DNA of 64,000 nt from Marsupella aquatica (Eukaryota > Plantae > Marchantiophyta): assembly GCA_973895155.1 (NCBI GenBank), contig OZ316893.1, positions 8,518,963 through 8,582,962 of the forward strand, read 5' to 3'. How positions within the stretch are numbered: position 1 is the stretch's first letter; every line of letters starts with the position of its first letter. This document shows positions 1 to 17,900 of this stretch, piece after piece. The position numbers were made by a program, and so were the translations under genes. The notes beneath the pieces are model-generated. The model did no database searches. It was not told where the DNA came from and saw only the letters and a list, made by a program, of their open reading frames with translations.

Positions 1-1
1 A

Positions 2-3000
2 GATCGCAATGATGCAGAGAAGAGTGGGAGCGGAGGAAATGGGGACGAGGACAAGAAAGGGAAAAGAGATGGCGAGAAGGACAACTCGACGGGGGCAGGG
101 AATAGAGATGGTGAAGACAAGAAAAGGACAGGAGATAGTGACACAAAGAACAAAACGGAAGGAGCAGCAAGCGAGCGGAAAAAGAGGCTGGAAGGGAAGG
201 AAAGTATTTGGACAAAAGAGGAGGGTAACAATAATAAGCAACGAAGAGCGTTGGCTGAGAGGTTGGGACGGGTGAATGCCAAACGGTCTTCTGGGAATTC
301 CAGTGTTTCTCGTGAGCATGGGAAAAAGGGAGTCTTCATAGTGACTTCTAGAGATCGTAGGAATAAAGCAATTGTAGAAGGATCAAGCCGTCGCAGAAAG
401 AAGGCAGGAGGCGATGAAAAGGTTCGGAACAAGGTTAGCAGCTCCGTCCAAATTCGCACCAGACAATCGAATTTGGCTGACCAGGATAGCAGCAAAAAAA
501 CTCCGAGGAGTCGGATTCGCGACGACGACAGGCTTTTCCCTAGTGTGAAGTCGCCTATCGCTGTGATCAAGCGTAGTTTGGTACCACCTGTGTGCAACAA
601 GCGGTCCAGCGAGGAACCGAAAACGACGCCCCGAAGCAGTTCTGAAGTTAAGCAACATTCTGGACAGATACAACAAATCGAGCAAAAGATAGCCGCGGGG
701 GAGGAGCACGATAAACTTATTAGCAGTTTTGCCGTTAATATCAGAGAACAAAAGCAGACAGAAGGGGAATTCTCGTTGCCTAGCCACGAGGGAGCCAATG
801 CGCCGCTGGGTCCGTTTGAGGCTGTGATGGATGCCTACCGAGAGGCCTTGTCCGGGACAAACGATGTGCCTACTAGCAGTACTCTTGCAAATCGTGCAGC
901 GGAGCAACACTCCGCCGAAACAGTTAGGGAGAACGAAGGAGCGTCCTTGAAAACTGATTCTTTGGGTGTTCAAGATGACGAGGAGGCGGAGGTTGTGGGG
1001 GAAGATCTGGATGAGACTGGCCGTTTGACGAGCGGAAGAACGTCACCTGCTGGCCCTTTCGTCACCAGCAGAAGGGGAAGTGCAGTGACAACAGAATCTT
1101 TGCAATTTCGTAGAGATGATCACCACCAGGCTGGGAATGAAGTTGAGAGTGATTTGCTGACAGGAGTAGGAGGAGAATTGAACGAAGAGAAGGATGGTCA
1201 ACGGTTGGGCGGAGGAGAGGTCTCAACAACCGAGGTGGTGGTGCTAACGCCTCTGACCACTCCTGTCACTGACCTAAGACCTGAATTAAAAGAATCACCA
1301 GATAAGGTGTATCGAAGGGCAAAGCAGTATCAACAAGAGAAGGTGTACCGCAGACTAAAGCATTCGCGTGATAAGAAGGTGCACAATAATGGCGTCGATG
1401 AATCAGCTGACGTCCCTCAAATTGTTGTGCCCGCTCCTCAATATTTGGTTTTGGCCAGGGATTTACCTTCGGCGTCTCATGTGAGTTGATCTGCTCAAAT
1501 CCCTTTCCCTCTGCGGTGGCGATTTTTTAATTTCTCTTCTTAAATCGTCGCTTGGTAAGCAGATCATGTGCTCATGATTTAAGCTTTCTTCTGTACCTAT
1601 TGATACCTTTCTTCAGATGTACATCTGTCTGCTGTGCGAGAGCGATCCTTGCCTGTCCTGGTGCTTTGTTGTCATCAAGACCCGTCTTTTTTTATTTTGG
1701 CAGGTATTATTTTATGGGGCAAGAATTGCTGCTTTTGGCTCCTCTCCTCACAACTTTGATAGGACTGCCTTCTCTAGGCTGCAATGTTCGAGCACTGTCG
1801 AAGACTCTCGTTTGCAACTCGGCACGTTTTATGGGGCACCCAGCTTGCACTCGCTTTTGAGAGTGTCGTGGAAGTCACTCTGGTGGTTGTTCGCCACCAT
1901 GTTAGTTACTGTCAACGAAGTAGAGGTTCATACGAGCTCGGTCGAATCATCGAGTCTTTGTGTCAGGAAGATCAGGAAGTCCTATCTTTTGCCCCTGAGA
2001 GCTACCTCTAATAATCGGTTCAAGCGTCGAGGGATTTCTCGCAGTAACGTCTTCCGATCCGTCACGTCATCATTAAGGCAATTGTTGAATCCAGCAAGCG
2101 ATTTAAAATGGCTGTCATTGAGCGACGTCTTTTTCAGAGGCCCGGCAATGAGATCTAGACGTCTCGGATCTATCCGTAGACGCAGCTCTGTTGCACCCGG
2201 CGTTCCACCTTTAGCATCCGTCCGTCACGAGTCGCAGTTTGGTCTCGTCATGGGTTCAACCAATCTAATACCACCCCATGGACAAAGGGACGATCGTCAG
2301 CTGTGGACTGGACAAGTTGTTTCACTCTCTGATGCTCTGATCATTCCTACTACTGTAAGTGATTTAAGGGTCATTATTGGGTGATGTGAATTAGTCCATG
2401 ATTGTTCCGAAAACCTGGTGATAGCCATGTGGTTGCTCCTCTTTACACATGCTCGTGGGTGTGGTTCAGAACTGGTCGTTGCATGTTGGGCGTCAATCAT
2501 GTCTCGGCTTGCATGGGACCAACGAAATTTGTTGGCTGTTGCTTGGTTGTTGATTTTCTGGTAGTACTTGTTTTCAACTTTTTTCTTACGCTCTAGAATT
2601 CTGGCCTGCCGTGAATCTGAATAGATTTGTCATGTAATGCAGGTGGTGGACGGGAAGGCTTTTGGATCTACCGCAAGGGCCTCTTCAGTGGGTTCTGACA
2701 CACCTTCGCGAGATCATGACCGGACTGGGATGGAGGTTGGTGCCTATTATGGCAGGCCGACGTTGGAGTCCTTCCTCACGGTGACAAGGGATGAGACCTA
2801 CAGGATGGACATGCCGTCGCTATCCATCCAGAGGAGTGATGGTGGCGCAGGTTCTGTTGATTTGAGAAGCCGTCTCACCGGAATCTCTGATATGCACCGT
2901 GCTGGAAGTAGTGTTGGGAACTCTACAGACTTGCGCGAAGAAAGTGGCCTGGACGTAGGTAAAAAATGTCTTCATGATATCTTTAGGGGTTCCTGGTTCA

Positions 3001-6000
3001 TTGATGCAACGGCGTTCAATTTCAAGGATTTTTTGTCGGACTTGACGCTTCCGAGATATGTTGAAGCAATTCCTCGATCACCATTCATGCGAGAGGAGTC
3101 ACTATTGAGTGCACGCTCCTTGTCTGGGTTTCCTAGTGACTCAATTCACTCGTTGCACCAATCTGTACATGGAGTGGACATTGCCAGACCGCAGGATCTT
3201 GTGAACTTTGGGCTACAAGTCGGGACACATCTTGGGCCGCCCTCTGTTGTGTCCATGATACGAGCATCAGCAGACTTTTGGTCGCTATTAGCACTACCAC
3301 AGAATGTTCAGCAGGCTGTGAATGGCAAATCTATTTTTTCTCCCACTCTGAATGAAAAAGGCTCAGAATCACTTCCACAGCCAGAGTCACGCATAGACAT
3401 TGTCGACGATGTTGCATCTGATCAAGATCACAGGACACAGGATATGTCTGGAGCGGGAAGTGGACTGGAGCCAATCGTTGTAGGTGATGACTTCGGTTCA
3501 GCTAAGCCCTCCGACAAATCGCTTGGACTCATGACGAAGGGTCGCAGGACTGGCAAGGGTCTCAAACGTGGTTTGTCTCAGAGTGTCGGAGATTCAATTG
3601 GAACTGAAGGTTTAGAAGTTGATCCATTCGCTGATGGGGACGTCTTGAGTGGCATACCTTACTCGAAACGCACCAGAATAGAGATAGAAAACAGTGGTGC
3701 TGCAACTACCAGAGACAATGGATTAGAAACATCACCTACAGGCTCCAATTTGGAAGGAAAGCGTTCCACCGCTATTCCTTTGCCAGTACAGGAAAAGATA
3801 GTAGATCCTCCCCTCCCGAGAGTGAATGTCTTGAAACTTCGCAGATGTCCTACCAACAAAGGCGTTTGGCTAGTAGCAGGAAATTCTTGTGGGGCTCCCC
3901 AAGATACTGGATTGCGAGGAGCTGGTGCAGAAGCAGAGCCGAAGGTTCCTTCGGACTCACGTGATCTTGGGGTACGTGTAGATCCGATGACACCAATTTT
4001 TGAAACCAGTAGGAAGCGTGGGCATCAATATCTGGATTCGCCATCCCTTGGTAAAACCAATCTTTCTCGACATCCGGCTGTTGCCACTGTTTCTAGTGCA
4101 GATTCGCAAGAACTGGAGATGAATGGCTCTGGCGTGAAGTCAACTAAGACTTTTTCTCGAAACGCCAGCTCCCAAGATATATGGTTCGACTGTGGGATAG
4201 AATCAATGAATGGCGGGATCGCCGATGGCATGGGAACCAGGAAGCGTCGGAGGAAGGGTTCTAGTCCGAATGCTGTTGACGATGTCGATGGCATTTCGAA
4301 ACGTTCTTTGCGAAGATCAGCTGATCCTGGTTGGGGCTCTTGTACAGCAAACGTGCTCATCACTAAAACTGACAGGTGTGTAAGAGAGACAGGTGCAACT
4401 GTCGAGCTTCAACTCAGACACGGGAATAGCTATATGCTAACTGTCTCTCTCCGTGGTGAGAACCAATATGCCCTTAAAGCAGATCAGCCTGTTGCCACTG
4501 GCACAACGAACAAGTTTACACATTCTATGATGTGGAGAGGGGGCAAGGCTTGGAGTTTGGAGTTTGTCGATAGAAAACAATGGCAACTGTTTAAGGATCT
4601 TCACGAGGAGTGTTTTCAAAGGAATGCAAGGGCAGCTTCTGTCCGTCACATTCCAATACCTGGCGTCAAACCAATTCAAGAATGCCCTCACTCAGGGCCC
4701 CGATACGTGCGACCCTCTCTCAAATACATCCGCCAATACGAGGGTGAATCGGAGGTGGCATTTTCAAACAGACTCGTGTATGACATGGACAGTGAAGATG
4801 AGGAGTGGTTAAATCAAGTCAATAGCGAGAAGGTCAGTGCCAGAGGCACCAGATCACGGGCCAAAGTTGACGAAGACACGTTGGAGAAAGTTATTGATAA
4901 GCTAGAAAAAACCTTTTTCATCCAGCATCAGGATGCTATGTCTGCGGAAGTTGCAGCGGAGCTATGCCAGGGATTGGGATCTCAGGAAGCAATCAAGGCC
5001 ATCCATTCCTACTGGTCTGAAAAGAGGCAACGAAAAGGGATGTCTTTAGTTCGATATTTTCAGGTAACCTCACACTTTTTCATCTGCCTCTGTCGAATGT
5101 ATTCGTGAATGGGTCACCTTAAAGGATTGCACGTTGTGTGAGACAGCCATAAGAAAATCTTGTTGGGACTGAATGGACTTCCATGCTCCAACAGAACCTG
5201 GCCGATTTGCTCTGTAAATCTTAGGGTGACTTGACGCAATCAACGAACACCATACAGTAAATGGTTCTGGCTTGTAGAGGAAGGAGACGTTAGGCGAAAC
5301 AAAATCTCGCAAATCAGTGGCGAGTTTACTATCTTTAGTTTGTGCGCCAGCAGTGGCAGCAAAGTGCGTACGTGCATTTGTTGATCTACGTAAAGCTTGT
5401 GAAATGCAACCTTATCCTCTAGAAAACTCTCGTTAGCTAGCGTCCACGTGCTTTGGTTTATCCCTATGAAGCACATCGTGCTCTGATTTTGTGGATCACT
5501 CTTCAAGTTTTGCTCTTGGATGTGTGCTTGGGTGTCGGCGATCTAAGTTGTGTGCTCATGTGTTGGGGCCCCTACCAGGTAGTCTAACTAGTGCGTGTGT
5601 TTGTCTACGTGTTGTTGAACAGCCAGCACCATGGGAGCAATACCAAAAGCAGTTGCAGGAGTGGCAAGAAAAAGTTGATCAGCTTCAACAAAAGTCACCC
5701 ACCGCCACCAAGCAGCAGTTGCAGTCTCCGTGTAAACGGCCTCCATTGTTTGCTTTCTGCTTGCGGCCCAGGGGATTGGAAACTCGAAACAAGATGCAGA
5801 AGCAACGTTCTCATAGGAAGCATGGCTTGGGTAGCAGTTCGTCAAGACAATGGACTCCGTCTGGCACTCCTAATGAATTTTTCTTGGATAGCCCGTCCAA
5901 GCGGCAGCCCAGTGTTGACAGTACTGGTGGACCTTTTCATGGTAGGTACTAGGAGTGTCTTTTTCGAACGGATTGTCTTGCCCTTTTCTGTTTTTCATAG

Positions 6001-7322
6001 TTTATGGTGACTATACATTGGATTCGGTTGGTAAGTGGTGTTCTTCTTTAGCTGTGAAGTCTTGATTTGCAGCTCATTTACTAGTGTGGCAATTCGGGCC
6101 TTATCTGGACTCCTCGATTGTAAACGGGTAGCAAACGAATTGGTCCAATTCCCCAGTGCCGGGTATTGAGTTTGCCATTGTTGGTAGATCTTTCCTATAC
6201 AGGAAATTTAACTAAGTCTTCCGTCTTAACATAAACGTGGCTGTGTTTTCCTCAGGAACCAGAAAGTATTCCCGTCAGCGCAGTCAAGAAGGTAATTTTG
6301 CAGATCCTATGGCTGTAGACTTGACAGACTCTTTCAATGCCATAGCTGCTGAGGGTTTCACCTCAATGGGAGATGCTGGACAGGCCATTTCTGAAGGAAC
6401 TCCGGTCTTCCCTCGAGTGGACACTAGCTCTGTACAATTTGAAACATCTACAACTGGAGGCTTCACCAAGAGGACGAAAAAACTTGGCAGGAAAGCAAAA
6501 AAGATGAAACTACTTGCTGCCGCAGAGGAGTCCAGGCGAAAGCGACTGCTTCGTGCACAGCAAGCACATCTGAATGGAAGATTTGCAGTGACGGGGCTGA
6601 GCCCAAGTTCTCGCTCAGAGTTGAGCCCAGTCCCACCTGTCCCAGATCCTTCATCATCGGGAGCTTCACTTCCTCAGGTGGTTGGTCCTGATGAAGACAA
6701 AGTAGCTATAGCTCGAGCTGCTGAAGCTTTTGCCAAGGCAAAGAGAGAGGCAGCAACGACTCTCCGCTCCCGTGCACAGGCTCTCCACGCCATTGCGGAT
6801 GCTGCCATGCACAAGGCAGTCGCAGCTGTTGTAGCTGCAGATGCAATCCATGCTGCAGAGAGAGCCAATGAGGGCACTACTGATAGGGACAAAGTACAAT
6901 CAGTCGGCAGTCATAGAAAGCAAAGTGGTGACGTGCCCGTTGCTGGAAAGGATCATCTGAGCCGGTCCTGGGGTCGCTCAGAAGCTTCCAGTGCTGCATC
7001 GTTTGGTTCTTGGCGGCGTGCTCTGAATAGTGCCTCCAAAAATGCAAACCACATTCTATCAAAGGGAAGTAGCAGTAAACCAGGGGTGGTGACTGACGTA
7101 GATGATGCACTTCTACCAGTGGCAAGCTGGAGCCAAGAGCTCGGGGCAGGGCTGGGCACAAGGTTATTGCAGACAGGCGACGTGAGTCCTCAAAGACAAA
7201 GATACTCTCCTGTCCTCGTTGAAGGGGTCTCCAAAAGTCCAGCGAAAGGAGTACGAGGTGAGGGCCTTGTAAGTTTAGGGAGGACAAGAGGGGAAAGTAT
7301 GATGGCCATGTTGACTAGATAG
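2..7322 (+). CDS. EPCR: Enhancer of polycomb-related chromatin protein (EPL1/EPC domain, plant EPCR type); 5' end lies outside the window. Likely exons: <2-1480, 1704-2354, 2643-5063, 5623-5941, 6256-7322
   Basis: The frame is open from position 2 and GT/AG junctions keep phase across the ORFs. It has the EPL1-type motifs VRHIPIPGV, YIRQ...VYDMDSEDEEWL and IHSYWSEKRQRKGMSLVRYFQ, then PPLFAFCLRPRGLE, and a C-terminal Ala-rich helix (AKREAA...ADAAMHKAVAAVVAADAI) typical of plant EPCR proteins. The exon 2 acceptor is the least certain junction. Confidence 0.85.
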
Positions 7323-8740
7323 GCACTTTTTGGTGACTTGTAATGCTACTTAAAACAGCATTGTGTAATATGGATTCTCAATGGGACTAGCACCCATCAT
7401 TGCATGTCATTTTGCAGTACCAGCCTCCGTTGAGGTTGCATCTCATTGACAGGCATGTACAGATAGCATGCTCTAAGCTTCCCCATTTAGCTTGTGACCA
7501 AGTAGGCGCAGGCTTAGCTCAAAGGTTGTCCCATTGAATGGGGACTTGTGGAAGTATGGAGCCGATACCATTTCGTTTGGTCCATTTGAAGTAAAGCGCG
7601 CCGCTGCCAGTTCTCAATTTCTTGCGTGCAACATTTGGTAGTGTACTTTGGCTTGCAATATAATGCACTTCTTGATTTACATTGCATTTACACAGATTTT
7701 GTTTCAACATGCCGTCGAGGATACCACAATTTAGTCGATTATTTGCAACCGGATCTTGTGCTGTCAATAATCATTGCAATCTTCTACTTCTTATCATGTC
7801 TAGGTCTGAGTTGCTTTTGCATCAAGGAGGTCATGTTTTCCATTAGATGTCTTCGCTTTCGCTGTATCTCCGTGCCCGCAGGATGGTGCCTGCAGCCGTC
7901 TGTGTACGGAGCTTGTTTGCACCGGGTTGACACAATTGTCCAGATCATTGTTTCCAACTGAGGAACGTGCGACTGCAATGGTGAAAGGTTGTCGTCGGCA
8001 TTCTAACCTACGAGTTTTCTCGCGTATATTTGCCGAACAGGGTTAAAGTAAACATTAAGACCTCAACTCGCCTTGGGAACCAAGATTTCATGTTGTGGAT
8101 AAGTATCAAAGTGCATGTGGCTGCGTCAGATAACTGTAGACTTCGTCGTGTGAAAGCATGCTGCTATGGGGTGATGGAACCAGAATGAACCGCACTTCAA
8201 GGAATGCCTTGATTTCTACGCCACAAAGAGTGAGAGAAGTGGGTTCCAAATCGACCACTGCCAAGAATTCATTTTGGCCATTTAAAGAGAAATAGAATTG
8301 AAGTAGATTCAAACAAGAAGGGAATGCCTGAAGAGAGCTTAGCCCCAACGTTGCCCAAATTCAGTTTCATGAAGATTGCATGTTCTATTACATTCGGACA
8401 TGTCTACTCATCAGTGTCCCACAGTCCTTACGCCCAACTAAGTAATAATGTCGTTACATTCAACTAGTTCTCCATGTCCGGCCTCCGCAACTCAATGTGT
8501 TAATGCTCACTCGAATTCATGCCAGAACTAGGTTCCTTCAAGAGTAAACTTGATGGAGCAGTAGCACCATACGACAGGCATGAACGGCTCTCCCCCCGCC
8601 AAAAAGTGGTCAAAAATGTATTCTACATATGGATCACACTCATTCATCCAGTCAGTCGCCACTACAACAGTGAGAGCTCTGTTCTCTATTTCCCCTAACC
8701 AATGGCCATCTCTAAGATGACGAAGCACTGGCACCTACAA

Positions 8741-12209
<3,469 letters not shown>

Positions 12210-12934
12210 TGGAGCTTACCCTTTCAAAACTTACAGCCACAGCAAATTCCTCGTCCCGCCTGTCCGTCCGCAGTGACAACCGTCCAGACTCTTCTCTTCT
12301 CTCCCTCTCGTCTCCTCTTGTCTTCTCCTTCCCGGACCTAACTGCCTCTACTACGTCCGTCCCGCACTCTCCCTAGGTGCTTTCCTTTTCCTCTCCTCGC
12401 TCTGAGCAGAAACAAGTCCGGGCCTTCACCGTGACCTTATTCAATGTAATTGCCTCGCTTCAATCCACAGTATAGCAGCGCCCGAATTCTTCGTCCAATC
12501 TCGCCTCGCCTCCCTCTCCAGCCAGAGCGCCAATACCTGTCTGTCGCTCCCTTCTCGTCGTTCCCAAAACTAAACCCCTCCCCGTCTTTGTTCGTGAATG
12601 TCTCAAGCCCAACCAATGTCGCCTCCTTTCACCTCAGTCTCTCTTCTCTTTCTGACCGATTCCCTCGCCCGAATCCCTCCCCGGACGAAGCACGAGGCTC
12701 CACTCCGTCTGCACAATAAAAGTAGTGAAATTCTTCGTCCAATCTCGTCTCTCCCTCCCTGCGTTGCGTCGCTTCTCCGCCGCAGTAGAAAATGCAACGA
12801 CCATCAACGAGCCTTCTCTGTGTGCGGCAGTCTGTTGGAGCGGGGAGTGCTGATGCTCAAGCTCAATACGTGACGTGAAGTCACGCCGAAAAGGCGAAAA
12901 TCGATTTCGCGCTCTCGCTGCCTTCGCCCACTCA

Positions 12935-12963
12935 ACTACACTACTCTACTACTACTACTACAT

Positions 12964-12996
<33 letters not shown>

Positions 12997-13026
12997 ATTA
13001 CTACTACTACTACTACTACTACTACT
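12935..13026. repeat. (TAC)n/(CTA)n microsatellite
   Basis: Directly visible run of TAC triplets with a few interruptions. Confidence 0.95.
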
Positions 13027-13059
13027 GCAGCACCGACGAGAGACGAGAGACGAGAGGGG

Positions 13060-13324
13060 ATGGGAGCGGAGGCTAGTGACTATGGTAGTATTCAACTACA
13101 GTACTGTACTACTGCAGTACCGACGAGAGGGGAGACGAGGGGAGTGGAGACGAGGGGAGGCTAATGACTATGGCAATATGCAGGGGAGGGTAGTGACTAC
13201 GGTAATTTTCAGGTCTGGGAGTACTATTGTACCAGAAGTTGTGGGGAAGGGTACAATACTACAATATTGACGAGAGGGGAGGGGAGCGAAGAGGAGGGGA
13301 GGGACTATGGTAGTTTTCAGGTCT
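13060..13324 (+). repeat. Left part of a degenerate ~110-bp tandem repeat array (core GTGACTATGGTAGT.TTCAGGTCTGGGAGTACTA)
   Basis: Repeated GACTATGGTAGT / CAGGTCTGGGAGTACT / CAGTATTGA-GAGAGGG blocks; the array continues at 20977 after the LINE. Confidence 0.85.
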
Positions 13325-14914
13325 ATTTTTTTCTTGAAAGGAGCACTTTACTTATGTTCCAAGGAAAACCCAATAAAACGACCGGGAGTAACAAGCCAGA
13401 TCACATGCTATCAAAAGGCCAGGAACCACCCAGAGACCAAACACGTTCAGTCACGAGGGTACAGGATAACAGGATACACTACCCGTGAAAAATAAATAGG
13501 CTTCACCAAACTAAGTAACTACAAACAAATAAGAGGGCTGACTCAGCCAAAGGAACAGGAAGAGAACCAACACATAATTGGTAACTGAACTATTGTCTGA
13601 GAGCGAAGATCCAAATAAAAGGATCAACTATTTGCCAAGACAAAGACTAGCAACAAATCAGCATGGACAAAATGGAAACAAAAGTCCAGGTGAGCTCATA
13701 ACGATGCACTGTTCAAGGTGGATCAAAGGCCCACCAAGGGCGATAATCAATCACCAAGTCACCATTGACCACACTGAATAAACCACCATTACGGCCAAAA
13801 TCTCACACCAACATCCCCATCAGCATCATCATAGGGCATCTGTTTAACATTTTAAACTTCTTCAACCCACTACACCAAGTAATTTTTATGTAAAGAGGAA
13901 TCTCCATCCAGATTTTAAGACGTATGCTGCATTCAGGAACCCGCACTGCTTCCCGATCCAATGTACATCGAGCTTTCCAAATTTGCCAGTTGGTGATGCC
14001 ACGAATCAAATGTCAAAGCTTAAGTGGAACACTCTTACTGTGGGACGGCGGAACTCCAAGAATAGCATGGATGAAATCAAAACAGAATGGTGGAGCATTG
14101 GGTTTTAAGGATCTGTTCACCAAATTTTTAACCCATAACCAAATCCTCTAAGATTCAGGACATGCCCATTGGCAATGGAAAATATCTTCATGTGAATTTC
14201 CTTCACATCGACTGCACCACCAAGAATCATCATTGCGGGAGAAGAGAATGATTGTGCCATCTTCTCTTCTTATAGTAGACCTGCACCCAATATAATGTTT
14301 CGTGGCATTGATATGATGTACTAATTGCCACAGAAAATGATTCACCTTTACCTCCCAATAAGGCTTCTAGATATTATTCTAGATAACACCCACCACCAGT
14401 ACTGCTCAAATCTCCATTCGCCATTTATTCAAACCAATGATTTTAACTCTTGCGTTACTCTGCAACATCTTGCGCAAACTAGCAGTCGTAGCATGAAAAA
14501 AATCTTGCCCATCCAACCAGCGAAACCTCGATGAGATCCCCACATTTGACTCAATCGATCCTTTCAATCCCCTCCCGGTTTTATGCGTGATCCAATTCTT
14601 AACATTCCCGGTAATCATGCTAAGTATGTAATTGAGTACCCACAACCGGAGATAGGTCGACCTTCATTAAGGTCCCACCATGGATGACAAAAGTAGCTTG
14701 ACAAATATGAAGGTTTGCTAGGGACCAAACAGTCTACATAGCTTGATTAGAAACCTTAATCTCCCACACCATGTTTCCTTCTTGAACTATTTCATGTGAA
14801 ATCAACACACTAGTCTCTGCTTCAAAAGCAATGACATCCAGAAGATTTCTAGAGTTGCTCAACAGGGCTCGGAATGCTCTCTTATTACTCTGTGTTCCAC
14901 CACGTTGTTGCATA

Positions 14915-17900
14915 TGTCATGCCGAGGGACAGTGCCTCTTGTGCACATCGGCATGTCCCTCGCATGCCCGCTAGGTATGTAGTTAGGGCTAGTGTACTAC
15001 TTGAGTTAGCGACATGTTCTTATAGCAAATGCCAGACGTTCTTGAAGCAAACGCGCTTGTTAGTGTGACGCCAGGACTTTGTTTACTTAGGGCATGTCTT
15101 TCTTTGTGGGTTTTCAGTTCTTCTTGAATTGTTGTTCACAGAGCTCAAACAATGATTGTCAGTTCTGTACACGGGATTCACATAGTGATTCGTTAGATGC
15201 TCCCGGCCGATCTTGGCATCCTGTCGGTTTCGATTCGATTTCAGTACATTTGTTTCTCTTACGCCTTTTATTCAAGAACTACTGTCGAGTTAGCGGTGAA
15301 GGGAAGAAGATTGTTCGTGACGATTTTGACAATTTCTAGTGAAGCCATTGCAATTTCTTCGACGGACATCGGAGTGACGAGTTAAAAGTTATGGGTTTAT
15401 TGTGGTGTTATGTGTATACTTAAGTGTATACACATAACAAGGAGCCCGGATTTTTCTTGCCGGCCGCAACTCGATCTGCTTCCACAATTGCTGCTGCTAC
15501 GATTGCTGCCGACTGTCATGACTTTTTTGGCCAGTTTTTGGTATTTTCCGGCTGTGACGTGCTGCCGACTGCTGTTGCACAACCCCCGGCGCTTCATAGT
15601 TTGCACAACGCCCTCGCTCGTGTTTTTAACGAGTGTTCGGGAGTTCGGGGCCCCTTTTTCATTGGTTTTTATGGCCATTTTTGGCCACGGCCATCGTGCG
15701 CCCTGTTTCCTCCCTCGCCTTGCCTCGGCTCTTTCTTTCGCATTTTATCCTGCCTTGCGCTCTCCGCGCGCCCGTTTCTCTTCCACTAATACACATCAGA
15801 GGGGGGGAGGTTTGCGTTTTCCGGGGGGTCCTTTATGGCCTCCTTCCTTAACGTTGCGCAGGGGGCATAGGGCCGCGCGCCGCTTCCTACTGCTCTCGCC
15901 TCAATTTGGGCCCGGTTCTTTTCCTTTTCCTGGAGTCAGTTGTCAGCAAGCAATTAAAGCAGGGGAAGGGGAGAAGCGCAAGGAGAGGGCACGAGGCCCT
16001 ATGGAGGATTAAAGAGGGGGGGTTACATTCAACTCCTTTCTCTGGAGTCCTTCTGCCACTCTGCCAGGCACGGAAGCATAAGGAGAACGGGGGGGCGCGA
16101 AGCCCTATGCTGCATTAAGGAGGTGAAGCGAGTGCCAAGAGAGGGCTCGAGGCCCTAGGAAGCATTAAAGGGGAGTCCTGCCTTGCACAGAGCACTTCTG
16201 CCAGGCGCGAGGCCCTATGCAAGGCTCGAGCCATTAAAACTCCTGGCTCAAAGGGGGTCCCATTTTTCTTTCGACCCTCCTCCTCAAGTTCTCTCTTTCA
16301 CCGCACGCGCGACTCCAATACAGGGCACCGTGCCGAATGTGTTTACACACCTCGGGGGGTTAACTAAGTGTATATTTTGGGGTACCACGTGCGATCCTAG
16401 CCTAATATAAATAGACCTATTTTATAAAGAAAATATTCCAAGAATATTCTCTATTTTTAATATTAATGACCTATTTTACTTTATAAACTGTATATATTAA
16501 CGAATATTCTATAAACATGAGTTTATATTACCTTCTTTTGCCTCCTACGCTTTTTAAAAATTTAGTTAAGTTCTATCCAAAATACCTATTTTGGATCGCA
16601 CGTGGTTCCTAAGATTTTTTATAGTCAACCCCTGGAGTTACACACTCGGCCTCCTCACTTGGCCGATTTTTATTTATTTTTGCCAACGCTGCCGTTTCCT
16701 GGGTCCACATCGGCCCGATGTGTATACACTTAAGGGGGGGCCCGTTCACGGTTTGCAGGCCTGTTTCTTTTTGTTCGCTCTCGTCCTGCCACCAACGACT
16801 TCTTTCCGGCCACGACCTGCTTTCGGCCAAGTTTGCTTCCCGGCTGCAAGGACAACCCCACCAAAGGGAGCCGCGCCGCTGCGTACACATTGGGCACCGG
16901 TCGGTGCGTCTTATGTGTATACACATAAGGGAGTGACCCTTTGTGCCATTTTCTGTTGTTTTTATTTGTTTTTATTTTGACCCTTTTTAAGCAAGGCTGG
17001 TATACACATTGGGGCCAATTTCATTCTGTTTAGCCCCGGCCTCCTTGCCTCACGTCGTTTGCTTCATTGTGGGTTAATTTTCTAGCCTTGGGGCTGCCAT
17101 TTCTTTTCTTTTCAGTTTCTTTCCCGACAGTACCTCATACCACCAGAAAAAGAGGGGGGTGGAGACATTTCCTGTTGCTACCATTTCCAATTTGGCACCC
17201 CGGGTTAGCATGCAGTATGTCAGCAGAGGAGCCAAGTCGTAGCAGCTCATCACCACCGACACCCCGATACCACTTACGGAGTGATCCATGACCATTGGTG
17301 CCAATTTCATTGGAGTCTCTGCAATTTCAACAACGTCAACAGACAACAGCAGTAGCACCCACACCACACAATCCTTCTACTACATTTGGCGGTCGCTTCA
17401 CCACTACCCCAAAGCCTGCTATTGCTTCTTTGCCCTTTACTCCTTCATTAGTGGTTGTCCCTGCTTCACCGACATACAACATGGATGTCAGCCACTCATC
17501 TGGCCGCATTGAGCATTTTAGCGGGCGTCCAGGCACTGTTTCTTTGCGTGAGTTCAAATCCACTTTCTATACTGTTGTTTACAAATTGGAATTGAAGTAT
17601 GGCAGCAATTTCACAAATGCATTTGCATTTAAGCAGCTAGCCAGGTATGTACACCATAAGGCTTTGGATGTGTATGAGCAGCATTCTTAATGGCTGCTTG
17701 CTATCACCCAATTGCCTAACCCTACCTATGCCAGTGCAATTGCAGCAGCCTCACAATTGGCCTTACAGAATGCCATTGCAGCCCATGCTGCTGCTGCTGC
17801 CACTTCCCCTCCTACTCCAGTTCCTACCACTGCGCCAGTTACTCCCACTGTCTTAGCACAGGCTACATCAGGTATTTCTCCCACCATTGATTCCACTGCC

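Noticed and set aside
12875-13270. 131-aa ORF with poly-Y/T/L tracts
   Set aside because: Translation of the TAC microsatellite and adjoining repeats.
15410-16012. 200-aa ORF in the putative LTR
   Set aside because: No ATG start, low-complexity GC-rich LTR-like sequence and no recognisable domain.
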